This document shows, piece by piece, positions 12,812 to 25,388 of a DNA stretch of 64,000 nt; the first letter of the stretch is position 1; every line of letters starts with the position of its first letter. Made by a program: the position numbers and the translations under genes. The notes beneath the pieces were generated by a model that was not told the origin of the DNA, did no database searches, and was given only the letters and a program-made list of their open reading frames with translations. The DNA is from Octopus vulgaris (Eukaryota), in NCBI GenBank assembly GCA_951406725.2, contig OX597819.1, forward strand, positions 112,220,001-112,284,000. Direction: 5' to 3'.

Positions 12812-13718
12812 CGAGGTGGTATCAAAAGGTTACCAAACTAGTTATGTTTAATAAAAAATGTATTAATTATCTAAGTTTTAACATCATCACCTTCAAAATA
12901 GTCACCTTGCACAGCAATACACTGATCCCAGCATCCCTGCCATTTCTGGAATCTGGCCTGGAAGTCATTTTCTGAGTTAGTCAATAACCTTTTGTGATCT
13001 GCTCTGGATATCTACAACAGTGTTAAAACAACAACCTTTGAGCTGCATTTTCATTTTGGAGAGGAGATGGAAGCCCACAGGTGCTAAATCTGGCAAAGAG
13101 AGCAGGTGCAGAAGTGATACCATGCTGTCTTTGGTAAGAAGCTTATAAGTGAAGAGAGCTCGGTGACTGGGTGCATTGTCACCACGACAATCCAATTCTT
13201 TGTGCTCCACAGATCCAGTCACCCTTGCTGCATGTCCTCCGTCAAATGCTTCAGAATGTCACAGTAGAACTCTCAATTGACAGTTTGGCCCTGGAGGATG
13301 AATTCTCAATGCCCAATACCACATTTCTAGGGATGACATTCATGGCAGGTCTTTCAGATCACTCATCGTCTATCATGGAAGATCTTCTACTTTTGAAGCA
13401 CCCATGCCACTCAAAACATTGAATACAACATGATGCCTCATCACTGCAAGTTTGCCAAAGCATGCTCAATGTCTCTGTGGCAGACTTCCCAAGTTTAACA
13501 CAAGATTTCACATTGACTCTTTGTTTCTGTCCATGACAAAATTGCAGACTACAGCAGATACTTGATCACAACACAAATTTCACAACTTGCAAAGTAAACA
13601 CAGCAATGTCACTCAGCATACGAAAGTCACTACTAGCTCTCACTGTGCAAGCAACCATGTACTGCCATCCATTGGTACACTACAGAACTAGCCCAGGAAC
13701 ATCTTGATACCACCTTTG
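12812..13718 (-). mobile_element. Internally deleted, degenerate mariner (Tc1/mariner) transposon
   Basis: TA flanks at 12810-12811 and 13719-13720; imperfect TIR cgaggtggtatcaa / ttgataccacctttg; minus-strand remnant DNAPSH...LPDLAPVGFHLLSKMKMQLKG resembles the mariner HDNAPxH and YSPDLAP motifs. Confidence 0.85.
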
Positions 13719-14162
13719 TACCTGTACTTGCATGAATGAGCATAAATGCTGATATTCCATGCTTCTCACTGCAGTGATGTTAACGTTCCTTACTTGCAAA
13801 AATAAGTGATAGTGAGAGGAAGAGCATCCAGTCATAAATTCTTGCCTCCAATAATACCTACATAAAACCCGAGGCTGGCATGGAAAAATGAATATTAGAT
13901 AAATGACTAAACAAAGAAATGTGTGTGTGTACATGTATGTTTGAATTTAGAAACAAGAAAAAAAGAACACTCAATACAAAAGAACAATGTAAATATTATT
14001 ATAAAACTTGCATTGTTCTCTATTGCTATTTAGAGATCTTTGTTTAGTTGCACTATTAGTTCCACTATTATCAGCAGTATGTACAAAAATCTAGGCAGCA
14101 AATGGAGCAATCGTACCTCTATAACACACACACACACACACACAACACATGCACACAACACA

Positions 14163-14470
14163 CATCATCATCATCATCATCGTTTAACGTCCGCTTTCCA
14201 TGCTAGCATGGGTTGGACGGTTCGACTGGGGCCTGGGAAGCCAGGAGGCTGCACCAGGCTCCAGTCTGATCTGGCAGTGTTTCTACAGCTGGATGCCTTT
14301 CCTAACGCCAACCACTCCGTGAGTGTAGTGGGTGCTTTTTACGTGCAACCGGCACAGGTGCCAGGGGAGGCTGGCAGCGGCCACGCTCAGTTGGTGCTTT
14401 TTACATGCTACCAGCACAGAAGCCAGTACAGGCAGCGCTGGCATCGGCCACGTTCAGATGGTGCTTTTAT
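14163..14470 (-). mobile_element. RTE LINE 3' UTR fragment
   Basis: Shared terminus and about two diverged 62-bp modules. Confidence 0.8.
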
Positions 14471-14583
14471 GCACATATATATGCAAGTTATATAAAATAT
14501 GTTCAGCAAACAATTTTACTCTGGCAGTGAAATTAGTTCTCCTGGATAAACTGCAGTGGCTCCAGCAACTTGATATGAATATC

Positions 14584-14629
14584 AATGCAACTAGTTTTGT
14601 CTCTCATTAAAGACTCATCAGAGATCATT
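14584..14629 (-). ncRNA. Decayed hammerhead motif
   Basis: CUGAUGA-GUCUUU/AGAGAC-AAAA (GAAA with G>A)-palindromic AACUAGUU; stem I imperfect. Confidence 0.45.
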
Positions 14630-14869
14630 TACCCAATATTACAACGTCATAAATTGTCGATGTTAAGATGCATAGATCTTGTTACAGGAAATGTAAACAA
14701 GTTTCAGACAAGCAGAAAATGATTATATAATGACACAAGCTGCGAAAACTCTTGTGGTTTATCTAGGTATGAAACTCTGAATAACTCAATGGAAAATAGC
14801 CACAAGCTATATACATATGTACATTCATGCATAAATATGTACATTCATACATATTACAAGTATATACAT

Positions 14870-15049
14870 ACATATATATATATATATGCGTATACATACA
14901 CATATATGCATGTGTGTGTGTGTGTGTATATATATCTATATATGTATATATCTATATATATGTATATATCTATATATATATCTATATATATATATATGTA
15001 TATATCTATATATAAGCATATATCTATATATATTATATTATATATATAT

Positions 15050-15112
<63 letters not shown>

Positions 15113-15116
15113 TATA

Positions 15117-15155
<39 letters not shown>

Positions 15156-15272
15156 ATATATATGTATATATCTATATATATATATATATATATACGTATA
15201 TATCTATATATATATCTATATGTATATATATATATATATCTATATATATATACATATATATATATGTATATA

Positions 15273-15307
<35 letters not shown>

Positions 15308-15609
15308 ATATATATATCCATATATATATGTATATATCTATATATATCTATATATATATATGTTTATATCTATATATATCTATATATATATATTTTATAT
15401 CTATATATATATTATATATATATATATATCTATATATATATATATATATATATTTATATCTATATATATATCTATATATATATATGTTATATCTATATAT
15501 ATATCTATATATATATATGTATATATCTATATATATATCTATATATATATATGTATATATCTATATATATATATGTATATATCTATATATATCTCTATAT
15601 ATGTATATA

Positions 15610-15653
<44 letters not shown>

Positions 15654-15826
15654 TATATCTATATATATATATCTATATATATATATGTATATATCTATAT
15701 ATATATATATGTGTATATATCTATATATCTATCTATATATATATCTATATATCTATATGTGTATATATCTATATATCTATCTATATATATATATATATCT
15801 ATATATCTATATATATATGTATATAT
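14870..15826. repeat. About 950 bp (TA)n/(TATC) compound microsatellite
   Basis: Seen directly; source of the 318-378 aa IY-rich ORFs. Confidence 0.95.
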
Positions 15827-16398
15827 CAACTGGGGTCTGTGAAGCCAGAAGGCTGCATCAGGCCCAGTCTGATCTGGCAGTGTTTCTACGGCTGGATGCC
15901 CTTCCTAATGCCAACCACTCCGTGAGTGTAGTGGGTGCTTTTTACATGCCACCCGCACAGGTGCCAGACGGAGCTGGCAAACGGCCACGGACGGATGGTG
16001 ATTTTTACGTACCACCGGCACAGGGGCCAGGCAAGGCTGGCAACGGCCACGAATGGATGGTGCATTTTACGTGCCACCGGCACGGAGGCCAGTCGGGGCG
16101 GCGCTGGCAACGGCCACGATCGGATGGTTCGCTTACTTGTCACCAGCACTGGTATCACAGCAGCAATTTCCATTGATGTTGATCACTTGCCTCAACGGGT
16201 CTTCACAAGTGGAGTTTTGTGTCCCAAGAAGGAAAGGTATGTATAAGTCGACTGGCTACATACCATGTAGAGGCCACAGGTTATGGTCTCACTAGTCTTG
16301 CCGAGTCTTCTCACACACAGCATACTTCCATAGGTCTCGGTCTCTAGTCATTTCCTTGGTGAGACCTAAAGTTCGATGGTCATGCATCACCACCTCAT
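15827..16398 (-). mobile_element. RTE LINE 3' end: ORF C-terminus plus long 3' UTR
   Basis: [35 protein letters not shown] (typical RTE C-terminus) followed by about 62-bp modules. Confidence 0.8.
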
Positions 16399-16399
16399 C

Positions 16400-16430
<31 letters not shown>

Positions 16431-16507
16431 TATACACATATAAATACATATATATATATATATGTACACACATATATATACACATATATATACACACACA
16501 TATATAA

Positions 16508-16542
<35 letters not shown>

Positions 16543-16633
16543 AATAATAGTAGGGAACATAATTCCAAAACTTACAGGTAAACATTCAATCTAACAATTT
16601 AAAATCAAATTTCAAAATATATAATATATGTAT

Positions 16634-16913
16634 ATAATTTAGAGAAAAACCACTATTAAACAATTCAATAAAGAAATATAATATTCACATCATATAGAAA
16701 ACATATACTATAAAAAAAAACTTATTTTAAAATTCAATAAAGTACAATAAATAGTAAATAGTAGAAGTAGTAAAAAGTCTATTTACTACTATTAACTATT
16801 TATTTTACTTTATTGAATTTTAAAATAAGTTTTTTATAGTATATGTTTTCTATATGGTGTGAATAATATCTTTCTTTATTGAATTGCTTAATAGTGGTTT
16901 TTCTCTAAATTAT
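16634..16913. repeat. About 280 bp AT-rich imperfect palindrome (fold-back)
   Basis: ataatttagagaaaaaccactatt... mirrored by ...aatagtggtttttctctaaattat with a very small spacer. Confidence 0.9.
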
Positions 16914-17000
16914 GTACACATATATATATATACATACATCTACATATATATAAACATATATATATATGTATATATATACACATACATCTACATATATATA

Positions 17001-17044
<44 letters not shown>

Positions 17045-17156
17045 GATAAGAGTAAATAATTTCTATAAAGGCTTTTAAAAAAACCCCAATTATTTACTGG
17101 TAGAATTCGGTATGTAAATGTAGCCGATTACCGGCAGGAACTTCTGTAAAGTTCAG

Positions 17157-17291
17157 TATATATATTGTATATAAGAAAAAGGGACAGGCAAAACAGGTTG
17201 CTTGACCGCATACCGAAAAAATAGAAATAGCAGTCAAGAATGCTTATTTCTATCAAAGTTGGACTCCCTTTTTCTTATATACAATATATAT
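17157..17291. repeat. Short fold-back element in a TA tract
   Basis: Arms atatatattgtatataagaaaaaggga / tccctttttcttatatacaatatatat. Confidence 0.75.
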
Positions 17292-17451
17292 ATATATATG
17301 TATACACATATATATATATATATACACACATACATCTACATATATATAAATATATATATACACACATACATCTACATATATATATATTTACAATTAACAG
17401 AATGAGATAAAAATCCGAGGCTGTGAAAAATTTCACAATATTTATAAAGAG

Positions 17452-17499
17452 GTCTTACAGCTTTTTCCGGGATATTCCACATATCCCTTCACCGGAGAC
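17452..17499 (-). ncRNA. Penelope-type hammerhead motif with mutated core
   Basis: GUCU-CCGGUGA-A-GGGAUAU/AUAUCCC-GGAAA-AAGCU-GUA-AGAC; stems I and II intact. Confidence 0.55.
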
Positions 17500-17536
17500 G
17501 GTGCACGAAAATGGTTAAGCAATATATAAACATATT

Positions 17537-17576
<40 letters not shown>

Positions 17577-17767
17577 AACATACATATATACATATATATA
17601 AACATATATAAACATATATACATATGGTGTGAGGAAGGCAATCCAGCTGTAAAAACTCTGCCAGATGAGACTAGAGTCTGGTGCAGCGTCCTGGCTTCCC
17701 AGACCCCAGTCAAACCGGTTAACCCTTGCTAGCATGGAAAACTGATGTTAAATGATAATGATGATGA

Positions 17768-17821
17768 TATATACATATATATGCATATATACACATATAT
17801 ATGCATATATACACATATATA

Positions 17822-17859
<38 letters not shown>

Positions 17860-18200
17860 TACATGCATACATATATATATATATACATATATACATGCAT
17901 ACATATATATATACATATATACATGCATACATATATATATACATATATACATGCATACATATATATATGTGCATGTATATATGCATATATATATATATGT
18001 ATGTATATATATATATATGCATATATATATGCATATATACATATATATATGCATATATACATGCATATATACATATATATATATATGCATATATATATAC
18101 ATATATACATGCATATATACATGCATATATACATACATATATACATGCATATATACATACATACATACATATATACATACATACCTATATATATATATAT
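17768..18200. repeat. (TA)/(TGCATATATACA) compound microsatellite
   Basis: Seen directly in the sequence. Confidence 0.9.
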
Positions 18201-18746
18201 AATTATTGAATGGAAGAAATGGAGCTGAACGAAGATTCTACAGAATTCCTTTTATTACATTCTACACATGTTTCAAAGGCCACAAATTTCCAAATTCTGA
18301 TTGAATAAGGATACCATATTGCAGCTTTCCACCAACCCCCCGATTTCAACGTACATTGAGAAACAGTTTACCCCACTTCATGGGCTCCTAGGGAGCGTTC
18401 TTGTTCGGGTTGCTTGCTGCGCCATTGTTTTGTTTGGACATCGTAATTCCTGGATTTTCCTGAAGAGAAAGCTGCAATATGGTATCCTTATTCAATCAGA
18501 ATTTGGAAATTTGTGGCCTTTGAAACATGTGTAGAATGTAATAAAAGGAATTCTGTAGAATCTTCGTTCAGCTCCATTGCTTCCATTCAATAATTATATT
18601 AAACTTCAATTATCCGCGCCAACGCACGGTTGCAACACCCTATGGTCATAACTCCAACCGTGTTTTTTCTGCTGTGATTTTTGCTACCCAGGTATCGGTT
18701 AAACTTTTGAATAATCCGTAACAAGATAATTCATCTTTCCAATTCA

Positions 18747-18747
<1 letters not shown>
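18199..18747 (+). mobile_element. Penelope-like terminal-repeat fragment with a 5' inverted copy and a hammerhead
   Basis: About 130-bp inverted arms 18199-18329 / 18467-18597 (one mismatch seen); hammerhead UUC-CUGAAGA...GAAA-CAUGU-GUA-GAA at about 18456-18537. Confidence 0.7.
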
Positions 18748-18785
<38 letters not shown>

Positions 18786-18962
18786 CCTATATATATACAC
18801 ATATATACCTATATATATATACACATATATACCTATATATATATATACACATATATACCTATATATATACACATATATACCTATATATATATATATATAC
18901 ACAAATATACCTATATATATATATACACATATATACCTATACATATACACATATATACCTAT

Positions 18963-19172
18963 CGCCATGTTAGACCGCTAGCTTCTGCACGCATTTTTTT
19001 CTTCTCCTTGTTTCTCTCCGTGTTTCTTTTCTGTGTATCTTTCTGTTGAAGAGCGTAGGCTCGAAACGTTAAAGACTTGTTTTATTTATATTCCTGAGCA
19101 CCATACTAATACAATTGTTTGTTTGTACTCCACCTGCCTTCATCTTTTGTTTATTTTCATAAAGCTTCCCGT
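18963..19172 (+). mobile_element. Penelope-like fragment with variant hammerhead (UUGAAGA...GAAACGUU)
   Basis: Near-identical to 30849-30900 plus 31749-31913; tctttctg-ttgaaga-gcgtaggctc-gaaacgtt-aaaga. Confidence 0.6.
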
Positions 19173-19390
19173 TATATATATATACATATAAACCTATATA
19201 TATATATATACATATATACCTATATATATATACATACATATATACCTATATATATACACACATATATACCTATATATATATACACATATATACCTATATA
19301 TACATACACATATATACCTATATATACATACACAATATATCTATATATATACACATATATACCTATATATATATACACATATATACCTAT

Positions 19391-19815
19391 ATGGAAAATC
19401 CTGGAGGGACTAGCACCAAATTTTGGAATTGAGAGCTGTTCCAATCCCCGTACAGGACGTCACTGTGTGGTGCCAAAGGTCCCGTCTTCCACATCCAGGG
19501 TAAGGAGCAGATACTGTAATAGCCTGGGGTTCAGGGGCCCTCAGCTTTTCAACAAACTGCCAAGAAAACTAAGAGATCTACATGATGCGGATGTGGACAT
19601 TTTCAAAAAACATCTAGACAAGCTGCTTTGTGGGATCCCAGATGAACCCACTGCAAGGTACGAAGGTAACCTAAGGGCAGCAGCTACAAACTCTCTCTTA
19701 GATCAGTGGCCAGCCACGGCAAACTGGACTTAGAGAGGGTAGCAACAAGGGCGGTGCCCCAGCATGGCCTCGGCCGGATGGCTGAAACAAGTGAAAGAGT
19801 GAAAGAGAAAAAGAG
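19391..19815 (+). mobile_element. 5'-truncated CR1/L2-group LINE 3' end
   Basis: [12 protein letters not shown]...[10 protein letters not shown]...[16 protein letters not shown] is a post-RT LINE C-terminus; hairpin and gtgaaaga-type tail shared with SINE B. Confidence 0.85.
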
Positions 19816-20003
19816 TATATATATACACATATATACCTATATATATATACACATATATACCTATATATATATACACATATAAACCTATATATATACACAT
19901 ATAAACCTATATATATATATATATACACATATATACCTATATATATACACATATATACCTATATATATACACATATATACCTATATATATACACATATAT
20001 ACC

Positions 20004-20151
<148 letters not shown>

Positions 20152-20729
20152 CCTATATATATTTACATATCATCATCGTCGTTTAACGTCCGTTCATATA
20201 TATATATATATACACACATATACATATATACATATATATACATATACACACATCATACATATGCATACATACATATACATATGTATACACTCCACACAGT
20301 ATATTTAATCTGCTAGAGGTATTTAGTTCTATTGAGTTGGTCTATAAAGTTAATTTGTAAATTCAACACCAGAATGATGCACATATATATATGGTGTGTG
20401 TGTGTGTGTGTGTGTGTATTTGTGTGTGTGCACATGTATTTATATTGATATATGTAAACCCACAAATATATAAAAATAATTACAAATAGCCTACAGAAAC
20501 ACACAACGATATCACACAAGCACACAGTTCATTACACACGAGACATCAAACAAAAATGATTAAGAGAGACATAGCATAATATACAAGTTAATAGTCCGTA
20601 GTTGTGTGTGTGTGTTTGTGTGCCTGTTTGTGTGTGTGTTTGTGTATAGGGGAGGGGGCAATATTGGAGCAAAACAAACCAAAAATAAAACCATTTGTAC
20701 AAACAGCAAGAAGATATATTCCTAGCATT

Positions 20730-21606
20730 GACATCATCATCACCATTATCAACGTAGACATTACTGTAAATACTGTTGTCACTATCATCACCATCATCAT
20801 CATCATCCACATTGTCATCATCGTTAATGTCACCATTATCATCATTACCATCATTGCAGCCATCAATACCATTGTAACAGTTGATACTGCCGTCACTATC
20901 ACCACCTTCCACCTTTATCCTCATCTTTTCCATCATCATCATCACCGCCAGCATCATCATCAACCTCATTACCATACTTGACCTTCTCTCTATTTTCATC
21001 AACACTATCATCATCATTGTCATCACCACTCCTAAAATCCCTCCCCACTACCGTCGTCCTTCTCCCCCTCATCACCACCACAACCACCACCCTCATCCTC
21101 CGCATCTTCCTCACCACCCCCAAAAATCATCATCCCTACCTCTGACCTTCACTTCCTCTTCATCATCATCATCATCACTACTAACCTTGTCCTCCTCATC
21201 TTCATCATCATCATCACCACCACCACCACCCTTGTCCTACCCCTCCTCCCAATCATCATCAACCTCAGCACCACCACCATGACCATCACCACCTTTATCT
21301 TCCTCTCCATTTACACCACATAGTGTCACCACCACCTTCAATGCTATTGTGGTAATTATCATTTCTATCATAGTCATTATCATCATAATTGCCACAAGCC
21401 CCAGCATCATCAATATCATCAACATTCTCATCATCATCACCACTATCAACACCATCGCTCTAACCACCATTAATACCACTGCAGTAAATATTATTATCAC
21501 CATTATCATCATCATCATTGTCTTCACGGTCATATGTCAAGATCATCCTCATTGCATTATTGTCATAACTCTGACTCGTGTCATCACTATCATCATTCAC
21601 ATCATT
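20730..21606. repeat. Degenerate (CAT/CAC/CCT)n low-complexity tract
   Basis: Seen directly in the sequence. Confidence 0.9.
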
Positions 21607-22399
21607 ACAGCACAGAGGAGAAACAGAATGTGTGTGTGTGTGTGTGAGTGTGTGTGTGTGAGTAATGTATGTATGCATGTAGGTAGAATCTTAACCATAT
21701 TACATAACATTATAATCATTACAGCATGCTAGATTGAGAGAGAGAGGGGGAGAGACAGAGAGAGGAGGAGAGACAGAGAGGGGGAGAGAGAAAGAAGGAG
21801 GAAAAGAGATAGAAGAGGGAAGAGAAAGGGGAAACAAGAAATGGGTTTGCGAGAAAGGAAGACAGACAGTAGTGGGTATGTAAGGGAGAGAGACAGAGAA
21901 TGTGTGTATACGCCTAGAGTGTGTGTGTGTGTGTGAGAGTCTGTGTGTGTGTGTTTATGTCTATACACATCAATACAGCATAACAGAGAAAGAGAGAGAG
22001 AGAGAGAGGGAGAGAGAAAGAGAGAGAGAGAATTCTGATGAAGGTGTCCTGCCCAATATATCTCACTGTTTAAACTATTTGTATTATTGTTGGCTGAGGC
22101 AGAACAACACTAACGTGCATATGTATGTGGGTATATGTATACATATGGTGGTGTGAGTGTGTATATGTATGTATATATGTATGTGTGTGTATGTATGAAT
22201 GAATGCATATGTACATGTGCATGTGTTTGCACACTACTATCATCAGTACAGCCCAACATCCATTAGTTTATTAACCAACAGCTCTATTCTGTGAAACAAC
22301 TCCATGTAAAGACAACAGAAAATAAAAATTATACATACATATATAATATATTCTTTCATTCTTTTACTTGTTTCAGTCAGTCATATATATATATATATA

Positions 22400-22894
22400 T
22401 CATCATCATCATCATCATCATCATTTAGCGTCCGTTTTCCATGCTAGCATGGGTTGGACGGTTCAACTGGGGTCTGGGGAGCCCGAAGGCTGCACCAGGC
22501 CAGTCAGATCTGGCAGTGTTTCTACAGCTGGATGCCCTTCCTAACGCCAACCACTCCGAGAGTGTAGTGGGTGATTTTATGTGCCACCGACACAGGTGCC
22601 AGACGAGGCTGGCGAACGGCCACGCTCGGATGGTGTTTTTATGTGCCACCGACACAGGTGCCAGACGAGGCTGGCAGACGGCCACGCTCGGATGGTGTTT
22701 TTATGTGCCACCGACACAGGTGCCAGACGAGGCTGGCAGACGGCCACGCTCGGATGGTGTTTTTATGTGCCACCGACACAGGTGCCAGATGAGGCTGGCG
22801 GACGGCCACGATCGGATGGTGTTTGTTACGTCCCCAAAGCACGGAGGCCAGTCTATGCGGTACTGGCTACGGCCACGTTCGGATGATTTTCTTG
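22400..22894 (-). mobile_element. Young RTE 3' UTR copy with four 62-bp tandem modules plus one diverged module
   Basis: Units start at 22581, 22643, 22705 and 22767; nearly identical to the reverse complement of about 31316-31748. Confidence 0.9.
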
Positions 22895-23483
22895 ATATAT
22901 ATATATATATATATATAATATATAAAACAGGTAAATAAAATACGAAAAGCAATTTTTGAAACTAATACAATTCATAACCTGTTTTGTTTTGTTTGTTTGT
23001 TTGTTGTACTTTTTTTTTCTTGTTCTCATGATGTATTAACCCAAACTGGAAAACTTGCAATATTTGGTTCGATAGCAATGGTATTGAACTGTCATCTGAT
23101 GAGTTGACAAAAGTTAAAATATGTTATCGCTGTGTTGCCATGAATGATTGCCTGCATTCTTAAGATGTCTATCTGATGTCTCTGTTTGTGAGTAAGTATA
23201 TCTCACCATCATTATCATCAGCACCAGCATCCTTTTAACATCAATTTTTCCATGCTCGCATGGATTGGACAGAGTCTTATCAAGGCAGATTTTCTGAAAG
23301 CATTTTCAACAACTTCTTACCCTTCTTGTTGCCAACACTGATGTGTTTCCAAGTAAGGTAAAACTTTCACATAGCCAGACATGTTTCTAGAGAATATTGG
23401 AAATGAATGTCATATGTTTATGACAATCACACAATGGCGAGACACAAAGACACAAACATACACATTCACATATACATACATAC

Positions 23484-23518
<35 letters not shown>

Positions 23519-24885
23519 CACACAAAGCACAAAGACGAGCTTCTTTCTGTTTCCATCTACCAAATCCACTCACATGCTTTGAGCAGCCTGAAGCTATAGT
23601 AGAAGACATTTGGCCAAGGGGCCATGTAGTGAGTTTGAATCCAAAACACTTTAACCATAAAACCAGGCTTGTATTTTATATGTGTGAGTGTATGCATACA
23701 CACTCACACATATCATCATATTTATGCTTTTGAACAAAGGGCTTACAACTCTGCTTGACAAAGAATTCAAATATATGATGCATTTAATTATATGCAAGAA
23801 AACATGCTAAATTGAACCATGCAAAGCATAATTATCATTAGGTTCTGATAAAGTCTACTAATTATTAAAAGAATACAGCAAAGAGTGTGTAACTCTTCTC
23901 ACCTCAGTTTGCCTAACTGGGTACAAAACTCTAAGCCACAGATAAGCATGTAATATGCAAATTCAAACTAGATCTGAGCTTCAAGAACTGGTTTGCCATT
24001 CAGGAATAGCATATGATGAAATAGTTGACTACAAGAAAGAGCAAAGGAGGGAGATGAAGTAAGTGTGTGTGTGATAAGTTGAGAGGTCAAGGTCTTAAGA
24101 TTGTTATGTCAGAAAAAAAGTGACTGAAGATGTATCTGTACAGATTTGTTTGACCCATCTTTAGTTAAAGATCAATATGAGTGGCAAGATTCAGTAACAC
24201 AAACTGATCTAACTCATGGAAAAACTGTTGTTGTTGTTGGTGGTGGTGGAGGTGTTGTTGTGGTGGTAATGGTGTGATAATGATGGTGATGACAACAACG
24301 ACGATGAGGAGGAGGAGGAAGAGGAGGAGGAGTCAATGGAACTTCTACACATTTAATCAATCAACTCTCTGCCAACTTCTTTACTACGTCTTAAATATGA
24401 AGAGAAAAACATCCTTTCTAAGACTAAATCTTACAATAAAAAGAAGACAGCCAATGAAAGGAGCTACTAAAGGGTAGTCTGAGCAGTTAAAAATAGAAAC
24501 CATTGTCCCTCAAATTGCACTGTGCCATCTTCAAAAAAAAAAAAGGAAAGGTGCATTGGATAGAGTAGCTGTAGACATATACTATTTCTGAAAACCCACA
24601 ACCAGCCCCCTAAAAAAAAACCCCCAAAAGATGGCATGGTCACAGCTGAAACAGCACAGAATATACCGGAACATGTATAACCTAGGATTAAGCAACAACA
24701 GTGAAGAGAAAACAGTCAGAAATAGTTGTATTTAGTCTGATCAATTCCACTGGATGGGGGCTCATAATGAGTATCTGTTATTGCTAAGTATTACTATTGC
24801 AAGTGTTCACCAACAGCATAAAAGTTAATATCTTTGTGGGCATTTAGGATATAAACTACAGGGCATTATTTTTACTTAAACATTT

Positions 24886-25388
24886 TGATTCAGATTGATC
24901 AGGATTTCTGCAGCACAGAGCGGCTAACCGGCTTCCATGCCAGTGGCACTTAAAAGGCACCATTCGAGCGTGATTGTTACCAGCATTGCATTACTAGCAC
25001 TCATGCTACGTGCTAGTAGGGTATTAAGAGCACCATCCGAGCGTGATCATTGCCAGAGCGGCTATCTGGCCTCCGTGCTGGTGGCACGTAAGAGACACCA
25101 TTCGAGCATGATCATTACCAGCATCTCCTTACTTGCACCCGCACCGGTGTTATGTGTAAAAGATTCGAGTGAGGTCGTTGCCAGTGCCGCCTGACTGGCC
25201 CCCATGCCGGTGGCACGTAAAAGCACCCACTACACTCTCGGAGTGGTTGGCGTTAGGAAGGGCATCCAGCAGTAGAAACTCTGCCAGAGCAAGATTGAAG
25301 CCTGGTGCAGCCATCTGGTTCGCCAGCCCTCAGTCATACATCCAACCCATGCTAGCATGGAAAGCGGACGTTAAACGATGATAATGAT
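24886..25388 (+). mobile_element. RTE 3' UTR copy of another subfamily with diverged tandem modules
   Basis: Repeated gtggcacgtaa...caccattcgagcgtgatc motif; terminus ggacgttaaacgatgat. Confidence 0.8.

Noticed and set aside
14789-16176. 318-378 aa ORFs rich in I and Y, and similar ORFs elsewhere
   Set aside because: These are translations of (TA)n microsatellites, which lack stop codons; no protein signal.
20532-21732. His/Pro/Ser/Ile-rich ORFs
   Set aside because: Degenerate trinucleotide tract open in several frames, without exon support.
22581-22885. CRISPR-like array
   Set aside because: The units are contiguous near-identical 62-mers without unique spacers, there are no cas genes, and the context is a eukaryotic LINE UTR.
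23088-23132. Hammerhead-like CTGATGA followed by a short hairpin
   Set aside because: The GAAA box and stem I are absent; too degenerate to call.
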